A stretch of 32,211 bases of DNA from a virus (taxonomy: Duplodnaviria; Caudoviricetes), in IMG/VR virus record IMGVR_UViG_3300032155_000021, positions 1-32,211 of that record; one strand, given 5' to 3'. Positions 25,875 to 32,211 of this stretch are shown piece by piece; positions within the stretch are counted from its first letter, which is position 1, and each line of letters opens with the position of its first letter. A model generated the notes under the pieces. The model ran no database searches. It saw only the letters and a list, made by a program, of their open reading frames with translations, and had not been told where the DNA came from. The translations under genes and the position numbers were made by a program.

Positions 25875-26985
25875 TTCCGTCGTCCCTGGAGTGCTGGCCA
25901 CGGATGAGCGCCTTGCGCCCATGGCCGAGCTGACGCAGCGTCTTTCGCTGTTGCCGGTCGACGGACTGCTTGTGGACCTGGTCGACCTGGTGTCCGCGCC
26001 GTTCCTTCCGCATCTGGCCGAGCAGTTTCACGTTCTGGGTCTGGAGGGCTGGTCCTCCGGCCTCGCCGAAGCGGATCAGCGCGAGCTGGTGCGCAACGCG
26101 ATCCGGCTGCACCGGAAGAAGGGAACGCCCTGGGCGATCCGCACGGCCTTGGCGAGTATCGGCTATCCCGGCTCGGAACTCATTGAATACAAGACCTACC
26201 GCGAGGAATGGGAAGCCGCCGGAGGACGCACTCTCGACGGCTCGTGGATTGCTGACGGCTCCGTTGTGCTCTCGCCTCCTGTTGGTACGGTCCGCAGGCT
26301 GGCCATGCGCAGCTGGGCCGAGTACGCGATCCGCCTGAACCTCGCGGAAGGGACGTGGACCAGGGCGCAGCAACGGCTCGTCAAGGACATGGCTGCGCAA
26401 TATGCGCCTGTCCGTTGCCATCTGCGGGCCTTGGTCACCGCTGTCGGATCGACCTTTGATTCTTCCATCACAATGCTTGCCCCGTCGCAGCGGCTGGCCA
26501 TTCGCATGGTCCAGTGCCGCCGCTTCACCGTTCACAACTGGCAAACCCTCGACGGCTGCTGGGATGTGGGCGGCAACTATTCCGAACGCCTTCTGGATGG
26601 CAGCTGGGGACTCCTCGGCACCGTCCGATTGACGGGGCTCCAACCTGCTGGCGCTCCCTTGCGCAGTGGATTCGGCGAATTTCGAATGCGCGGCCGCACG
26701 AGCCTGCCTGTGCCAGCGGCGGGCGGCGACCGCGCGCTTCCTGCCCGGCAGCTTTGGCAGCCGATGCCTTTGGACGGCCGACACAAGCTCGGCGGGCATA
26801 AGCTGGACGGGTTGTGGAAGGTGGATGGCTCGTGGAGCCTCGCCTATCCGACCCTGCTGACGATTGGGCAGCCGCGACTTGACGGGACGTGGCGCTTGGG
26901 CGTGGAGCCCGGTCTTCCGGGTGTGTGGTTTACTGCCGTCGCGACCGTCAGGCGTGGTGGCGCAACATATAGAGAGGTGCTCTGA
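25867..26985 (+). CDS. Tail protein I-like (P2 gpI) with LDGxW repeats
   Basis: FLPHLAEQFHV, AIRLHRKKGTPWAIR; several LDG(S/C/L/T)W repeats. Confidence 0.8.
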   Translation: MADSVVPGVLATDERLAPMAELTQRLSLLPVDGLLVDLVDLVSAPFLPHLAEQFHVLGLEGWSSGLAEADQRELVRNAIRLHRKKGTPWAIRTALASIGYPGSELIEYKTYREEWEAAGGRTLDGSWIADGSVVLSPPVGTVRRLAMRSWAEYAIRLNLAEGTWTRAQQRLVKDMAAQYAPVRCHLRALVTAVGSTFDSSITMLAPSQRLAIRMVQCRRFTVHNWQTLDGCWDVGGNYSERLLDGSWGLLGTVRLTGLQPAGAPLRSGFGEFRMRGRTSLPVPAAGGDRALPARQLWQPMPLDGRHKLGGHKLDGLWKVDGSWSLAYPTLLTIGQPRLDGTWRLGVEPGLPGVWFTAVATVRRGGATYREVL

Positions 26986-27344
26986 TGCCGACCGCAATTG
27001 CCGCAACGGCGGCGTATCGCAACAAGGTGGCCACCGCCGCCGCAACCGGGGACGCCTTGCCAAAGGCCGCATGGCTGGCCTTCGGTTCCGGCGACGCCCC
27101 ATATAGCCCGGACGTCGACACGGCTCTACAGGCCGAGTTTCTCCGGGTGCCCACCGCCAACGAGGTGAGCGGCCCCAGCTTGACGGTCAGGGGTGTCCTG
27201 TCCGGCCAGGCGGCCGGGGAGAACATCGTGCGCGAGGTGGCTGTGATCGCGGCGGACGGAACTCTGATGGGGCGGCGCGTTGTCGCCCCCAAGGAGCTTG
27301 AGCCGGAAACCGAGATCGAGTTTGAAATTGTCTTTGAATACTAA
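26985..27344 (+). CDS. Tail fibre attachment/collar-like protein
   Basis: AFGSG...DTALQAEF...REVAVIAADG resembles tail-fibre N-terminal collar domains; synteny. Confidence 0.6.
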   Translation: MPTAIAATAAYRNKVATAAATGDALPKAAWLAFGSGDAPYSPDVDTALQAEFLRVPTANEVSGPSLTVRGVLSGQAAGENIVREVAVIAADGTLMGRRVVAPKELEPETEIEFEIVFEY

Positions 27345-27352
27345 AGGAGGAC

Positions 27353-29905
27353 ATGATGGCTACTGAAAATCCCACGTTGACTCCGGGGTCGCCCCCCGAG
27401 TTCAGCGAATCCCTGCCTGCTCTCACCGTGGAGAGCGTGGCGCACCCGGACACCTGGAATCCGATCCACCAGCGGCTGCTCGACAACACCGTTGTCCTGC
27501 GCGAATCGGTTGAACTGACCGACGAGAACTTGGCCGCTCTGGGCTCGCGCGTGGATGGTCTGGAAGAAACCAGCTCCGTCAGCGTGCAGCGCGCCGTCAC
27601 CCTGGACTGGCTCTACCGCGACAACCGTATCGCCTTTGAGCTGTGGGCTCCCGGCTTCACCCTGATTGACGCCGTGGATACCGCCATAGTGCAGGGTATT
27701 TCCGGCGACGACAGCGTGGACGTTGCCAGCACGGCCCAGCTTCGGCCTGGAGAGTATTACGTCCTCGCCGACGAGGAGGGCTCGCTGCTGATCAAATGCA
27801 CGGCCGTGCTCTCCGAGAACCGCATCCGCATTGAAACCAACCTTCCGCGCACTCTGGGAGCCGGTGTCCTGACCCGCTGCTCCATGGAAGAGGTCGGGGC
27901 CGCGTACGCCACGTGCGAGGTCGGTGACATCTGGCTGTCCAAGCCGATCAACATCGGAAACGACGCCGAGGGCGGTGCCGTCGTGATCCGGCGCTCCCTG
28001 AACTCCGGCGAGGCCAGGCTCTACTTCCGCGACGCATCCAATCCGGCGTGGACCGAGCGCGTCTGGTCTGTCCGCAGACAGGGCGGGGATATCCCCGCAG
28101 GCTTTGCGGATTATGAGTACATTCTGCCCATGCGTGGTGACGGCAGCCTGATGATCGTCACCGAGGGTGAAGCGATGCAGATTCGCCATATCGTGGCCCT
28201 GTCTGCGGCTACCGGCCTCGGCGGCTACGTCAACCCGGCCATGCGCCCGAACGCGCCCGCCATCAGTTCTCCGGCCGACGGCGCTGTCGACATCTTCGAG
28301 CGGCCTACGCTGGCCATCGCCGGGTATTCGAGTCCTGGCGGAACACCCCAGGCTGGCATTCAGTTCCAGGTCGCCGTTGCCGGGGCGCAGTTCGCCACCG
28401 TGCTGCACGACTCTGGAGAACAGCCTGCGGGCTTGTCGTATCAGATGCCCGCCGACGTGCTTGAAGTATCCTCCAGCTATGAGCTGCGGGCGAGGGTGAA
28501 AGACCTGTCCGGCCTGTGGTCCGACTGGTCCGCCGTTTCGGGCTTCGCCACCGCCGCCAGTTTCGCCTATGTGGCCACGCCGACGCTGGTCTCTCCCGCG
28601 AACAACGCCACGGACGTTGGCGAGACCCCCTTGCTGCAGACCGGCGCTTTCGCGGTCATCGACGGCAGTGACACCCATGCGGCCAGCCGCTGGAGAGTCC
28701 GCGCTTCGGGCGGAACCTGGGCGGAACCGTTGTGGGATTCCGGCGAGGATGCCGTGAACCTGCTTTCTCTGACGCTGCCTGCGGGCATTCTGGAAGCCGG
28801 GTTGCGGGTCTACTACCTGCAGGTGCAGCACAAGGGCGAAACGCGCGGGTGGTCCGAGTGGTCGGGCGAGGTCAAGATCACGACCAAGCAGGCGTTTGCA
28901 TACGTCTCCGGCGTTGCGCTGATTACCCCTGGCGGCGATGGCGGCACGTGGGCCTATGTGGACGAGGACGGCAACACCGTCCCCGATCCCGGCGCTGCCC
29001 ATTTCAGCACTCATCCCGTCTGGGGCGGCATGCAGGACGTGGTTGTCGACGGCCAGTACATGGTCAAGATTCCCAAGTTTTACATCCGCCGCGCGACGAT
29101 CGGCTCCGGAGCGAACACTGGGAAGGAAGCCTGGTGGATCAGCGACCAGCCCGTTGACGGATATGTCGTGCATCCGGCGTTCAAGGTCGGCGGCAGCGAA
29201 GTCGATCAGATTTACGTCGGCAAGTATCAGGCCAGCATGGATGGTTCCAAGCTCGGCTCTAAGCCCGGCGTGTTGCCCGCTGTCAGCCGGACGCTGACGC
29301 AGTTTCTGGCTGATGCCGCTGCCCGCAACGTCTCCGGCGTGTCCGGGTTCGGCCTCTGGAGCGTCTATCACTGGTCTGCGATTCAGTGGCTTTACCTGGT
29401 GGAGAACGCCACCATGGACAGCCAGTCCGAGACCGGGCAGGGGCGCGTCAGCGCGTCGAGCGCGGCCAATGTCGATGCCTCGGATGTGGCGCAGGCCACT
29501 TATCGCGGAATCGTCGGCCTCTGGGGCAACGTCTGGCAGTGGATGGACGGCCTGAAAACGATCTCCGGCGTGATCAACCTCTGGGACCGTGAAGGCAATC
29601 AGGCCTGGGTGAATACCGGCCAGACTCCGCCGAACATGAACAGCTGGACGTATCCGGTGACGTTCATGGACGCCAACGGAAGCGGATACGACATGGACGA
29701 TGTTTTCCTGTCGAAAACCGGCCCCACGAGCAACTCTGGAGCAACCGCTCCCGACGGCCAGTATTGGAACAATTCCGCCGAGTACTTCCCGATCGTGGGC
29801 GGCTACTGGAGCTACGGCGCGCATGCGGGGTTGTGGAACGTCGCCTGCGGCGACGCGGCGTCGTACTCGAACACGCACATCGGTGCGCGCCTGGCGAAGG
29901 TGTAA
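27353..29905 (+). CDS. Tail adhesin / receptor-binding protein; proximal DGR target
   Basis: 850 aa; Ig/FN3-like repeats (YELRARVKDLSGLWSDWS; YYLQVQHKG..GWSEWS), then a ~340-aa lectin-like region ending in a VR; adjacent to avd-TR-RT. Confidence 0.88.
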   Translation: MMATENPTLTPGSPPEFSESLPALTVESVAHPDTWNPIHQRLLDNTVVLRESVELTDENLAALGSRVDGLEETSSVSVQRAVTLDWLYRDNRIAFELWAPGFTLIDAVDTAIVQGISGDDSVDVASTAQLRPGEYYVLADEEGSLLIKCTAVLSENRIRIETNLPRTLGAGVLTRCSMEEVGAAYATCEVGDIWLSKPINIGNDAEGGAVVIRRSLNSGEARLYFRDASNPAWTERVWSVRRQGGDIPAGFADYEYILPMRGDGSLMIVTEGEAMQIRHIVALSAATGLGGYVNPAMRPNAPAISSPADGAVDIFERPTLAIAGYSSPGGTPQAGIQFQVAVAGAQFATVLHDSGEQPAGLSYQMPADVLEVSSSYELRARVKDLSGLWSDWSAVSGFATAASFAYVATPTLVSPANNATDVGETPLLQTGAFAVIDGSDTHAASRWRVRASGGTWAEPLWDSGEDAVNLLSLTLPAGILEAGLRVYYLQVQHKGETRGWSEWSGEVKITTKQAFAYVSGVALITPGGDGGTWAYVDEDGNTVPDPGAAHFSTHPVWGGMQDVVVDGQYMVKIPKFYIRRATIGSGANTGKEAWWISDQPVDGYVVHPAFKVGGSEVDQIYVGKYQASMDGSKLGSKPGVLPAVSRTLTQFLADAAARNVSGVSGFGLWSVYHWSAIQWLYLVENATMDSQSETGQGRVSASSAANVDASDVAQATYRGIVGLWGNVWQWMDGLKTISGVINLWDREGNQAWVNTGQTPPNMNSWTYPVTFMDANGSGYDMDDVFLSKTGPTSNSGATAPDGQYWNNSAEYFPIVGGYWSYGAHAGLWNVACGDAASYSNTHIGARLAKV
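29779..29898 (+). repeat. DGR variable repeat VR-T (tail adhesin)
   Basis: 120-bp match to the TR; 10 mismatches at TR adenines and one synonymous C>T at 29831. Confidence 0.95.
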
Positions 29906-29906
29906 T

Positions 29907-30305
29907 GTGTCTGGCAATGTGAGTCATGCAAGGGCGGGCGATAGCCCGCCCTCTTCCGGGTACGCACAGCCGAGCCCGTACGCGACCCTCCTCGCGAAAA
30001 TCGAAGAGGTGGAAGCCTACACGCACACCGTGCTGCAGCAGTATCCGAAAATCGAGCGGTACGCCCTGTGCGCCGACATACGGGCGGCGCTGGCGAACAT
30101 TCAGCGCCTCTCCATCGTCGCATGGAAGCGGTACCACAAGAAAACAACGCTGCAAGACCTCGACGTGGAGATCGAGGTTCTGAGGATGTGGATTCGCAAA
30201 TCGTTGCGCCTGCAATATATCACGCCGCGCCGCTATGAAATATGGGTGCGGCACGTAAACGAGATCGGCCGCATGGTCGGCGGATGGCTCAAGGCGGCAA
30301 GATGA
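29907..30305 (+). CDS. avd: DGR accessory variability determinant Avd
   Basis: YPKIERYALCADIR...LDVEIEVLRMWIR...EIGRMVGGWLK; basic helical protein between VR and TR. Start uncertain (GTG 29907 or 29919). Confidence 0.88.
   Translation: MSGNVSHARAGDSPPSSGYAQPSPYATLLAKIEEVEAYTHTVLQQYPKIERYALCADIRAALANIQRLSIVAWKRYHKKTTLQDLDVEIEVLRMWIRKSLRLQYITPRRYEIWVRHVNEIGRMVGGWLKAAR
29931..29952 (+). promoter_or_regulatory. DGR target-recognition hairpin after VR-T
   Basis: AGGGCGGGC-GATA-GCCCGCCCT; core GGCGGGC starts 35 nt after the VR end. Confidence 0.8.
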
Positions 30306-30331
30306 ATATTCAGGGCGGATGCCTGTCAACG

Positions 30332-30451
30332 CGAGTACTTCCCGATCGTGGGCGGCAACTGGAGCAACGGCGCGAATGCGGGGCTGTGGAACGTCAACTG
30401 CAACAACGCGGCGTCGAACTCGAACACGAACATCGGTGCGCGCCTGGCGAA
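30332..30451 (+). ncRNA. DGR template repeat (TR)
   Basis: Between avd and RT; 10 AAY triplets in the VR reading frame; A at nearly every position where the three VRs differ; diverges from the VRs after CTGGCGAA. Confidence 0.95.
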
Positions 30452-30595
30452 CGGCAACGGCCAGAAGCCCGTCGCTTACGGGCGGCGGGACAGTGCCTGT
30501 CCTTCGGGGCGTCCGTCCTGACCTATCCGGTCAAAGATCAACAAACAGCAGCGGCAAGTAGCCGTGCGCGAAAGTGGCTGCTGGTAATCATACAA

Positions 30596-31621
30596 ATGCC
30601 AATCACACACAGCGACCTATTCGCCAGAATCATCGACTTCGACAACCTGTGGAGCGCGTATCTGGCCGCGCGAAAAGGCAAGCGGTACCGCCGCGAAGTG
30701 GCGGAGTTCAGTGTCAATCTGGAAGAGAACCTTATCAATATACATAACCATCTCGTATGGGGAAGCTGGGAGCCTGGAAAGCCCCGCAGCTTCACGGTTT
30801 TTGAACCCAAGCGCCGGGATATTCAGGCTCCGCCATTTGCGGACAGGATTGTCCACCATGCCCTGGTTCGGGTGGTAGAGCCGCTGTTCGAGCGGCGGTT
30901 CATCCATCACAGCTATGCCTGCAGGACGGGTAAGGGCGCGCAGCGAGCCGTGTGGGCGTTGCAGCGCATGCTGCGCACGGCGCATAGGAACTGGCAGGCT
31001 CCGTATGTCGTAAAGGCCGACATCAAGAGCTATTTCGCCAGCATTCGACATGATGTGCTGTTTACGGCCATTGAGCGGGTCGTCTCCTGCAGGGACACCC
31101 TTGACCTCTGGAAAAGGATCACCGCCGGGTATGGCCATGATGGCGTCGGCCTTCCGGTCGGCGCTTTGACGAGTCAGCTCGCCGCCAATGTCATGCTGGA
31201 CCAGCTGGATCACACCATGACGGATGGCGCGGGCATCGGGCGGTATGTTCGGTATATGGACGACTTCATAATCGTTGCCCCCGACAAGACTGCTGCATGG
31301 CGCGCCTTGAACGTCGCAGCGGATACGGTCGCAGGGCTCGGGCTGTCCTTGAACCCCAAAACCAAGATTGTCCCTGCCAAGGGCGGCGTCGACTTCTGCG
31401 GCTATCGCACGTGGGCGACGCACATCCTTCCCCGCAAGAGGAATATGCGCAAGGCGCGCCGGATGTTCCGGAAGATGGTCAGGCAATACGCCGCTGGCCG
31501 GATATCTCTCCAGCATGTCCAGCAGCGAGTGGCCAGTTTTCTGGCGTACACCAAGCATTGCTCGGCAGATCGCAGCGTGCGGTCTATTCTGGGCGATGCC
31601 GTATTTATCAAAGGAGAATGA
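30596..31621 (+). CDS. DGR reverse transcriptase (341 aa)
   Basis: PKRRDIQAPPFADRIVHHAL, SYACRTGKG, KADIKSYFASI, GLPVGALTSQ, YVRYMDDF, GVDFCGY; no maturase or endonuclease extension. Confidence 0.95.
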   Translation: MPITHSDLFARIIDFDNLWSAYLAARKGKRYRREVAEFSVNLEENLINIHNHLVWGSWEPGKPRSFTVFEPKRRDIQAPPFADRIVHHALVRVVEPLFERRFIHHSYACRTGKGAQRAVWALQRMLRTAHRNWQAPYVVKADIKSYFASIRHDVLFTAIERVVSCRDTLDLWKRITAGYGHDGVGLPVGALTSQLAANVMLDQLDHTMTDGAGIGRYVRYMDDFIIVAPDKTAAWRALNVAADTVAGLGLSLNPKTKIVPAKGGVDFCGYRTWATHILPRKRNMRKARRMFRKMVRQYAAGRISLQHVQQRVASFLAYTKHCSADRSVRSILGDAVFIKGE

Positions 31622-31623
31622 CG

Positions 31624-32211
31624 ATGTTGATTGAAAACAATGTGCTGACCGTGGACGGCCACACCGAAGAATTGCCGCGCCTGGCCACCCCCGGCGTGGT
31701 CCGTGTCTGGAAGGTTCCCACGGAATACCGGGAGAGCGGGTATTTCGTGTCCGTACAGGCTGCCGGAAAGCCGATGGAGCTGCCCGCCTGCGCGGCAAGC
31801 GAAATGCAGTTTGTCGGCGAGGCGGAACTGGCTCCGGCCGACGACGCGGCTCTGTCTCAGGTGAAAAAGGAGAAGCTCGCGCAGGTGCTTGTCGCCAGCG
31901 ACGCCGCCATGGCCGCGCTTTCCTCGCGCTATTCGGAGCATGAGAAGCTGAGCTGGCCGAAGCAGGAGCAGGAGGCCAAGGCCCTGCAGGCCGACCCCGA
32001 AGCCCCCGCGCCTCTGCTGCGAGGCGTTGCCGCCACGCGCGGGATTGCTCTCGAAGCGCTCCAGGCCAAGGTTCTGGCAAACGTGGGAGCTTCCGAGGCT
32101 GCTACGGCCTTCATCCTTGGCACCCAGCAGAAGTATGAAGACGAGATCGCCGCTGCGGCCACCATTGAAGAAGTGCAGCAGGTTGTCCCGATCTTCGAGA
32201 TGCCGGAGTAA
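31624..32211 (+). CDS. Tail-fibre-assembly-like phage protein
   Basis: AAGGAG RBS; YSEHEKLSWPKQEQEA...PLLRGVAATRGI pattern typical of genes after tail fibres. Confidence 0.6.
   Translation: MLIENNVLTVDGHTEELPRLATPGVVRVWKVPTEYRESGYFVSVQAAGKPMELPACAASEMQFVGEAELAPADDAALSQVKKEKLAQVLVASDAAMAALSSRYSEHEKLSWPKQEQEAKALQADPEAPAPLLRGVAATRGIALEALQAKVLANVGASEAATAFILGTQQKYEDEIAAAATIEEVQQVVPIFEMPE

Larger units (their letters stand above)
1..32211 (+). mobile_element. Mu-like (transposable-type) myovirus/prophage segment carrying a DGR
   Basis: Gene order gam-HU-gemA-mor-lysis-gp26/27-terminase-portal-MuF-gpG-protease I-gpT-sheath-tube-TMP-baseplate-tail adhesin matches Mu-like phages. Transposase and ends are not in the window. 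Confidence 0.93.

Noticed and set aside
29700-29906. N-terminal extension of Avd in the ORF track
   Set aside because: Out-of-frame read of the adhesin VR; Avd-like sequence starts after the adhesin stop.
30242-30595. 118-aa N-terminal extension of the RT in the ORF track
   Set aside because: Runs through the avd end, TR and structured spacer; RT-like sequence begins at ATG 30596.
30596-31621. Group II intron or retron RT
   Set aside because: Short RT with SQ motif, adjacent avd and TR/VR pairs with A-specific mismatches identify a DGR.

Overview
Nearly all + strand. The window is a large part of a Mu-like (transposable-type) myovirus or prophage: late-early genes (Gam, HU, GemA, Mor-family activator), lysis genes, a Mu-type head module and a P2-type contractile tail module. 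No transposase, repressor or genome end is visible. Where Mu carries its invertible tail-fibre segment, this phage has a complete diversity-generating retroelement (DGR): tail adhesin with VR, avd, a 120-bp TR and an RT. The same TR matches two more VRs about 27 kb away, in two tandem stand-alone 342-aa genes. Of 38 TR/VR mismatches, 37 fall on TR adenines, and every VR has a GC hairpin at the same spacing. The most unusual feature is that the two remote target genes are bracketed by three predicted type II hammerhead ribozymes (about 1295, 2456 and 3616). These would cut out unit-length ~1160-nt RNAs, each carrying one hypervariable gene. Also seen: a Dam-like methyltransferase split at a G19 tract, three putative activator-dependent leaderless late promoters, a MuF protein with a nuclease-like C-terminal extension, and a 14-bp RNA stem closing the TR. 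All calls come from reading motifs by eye; no database searches were run.
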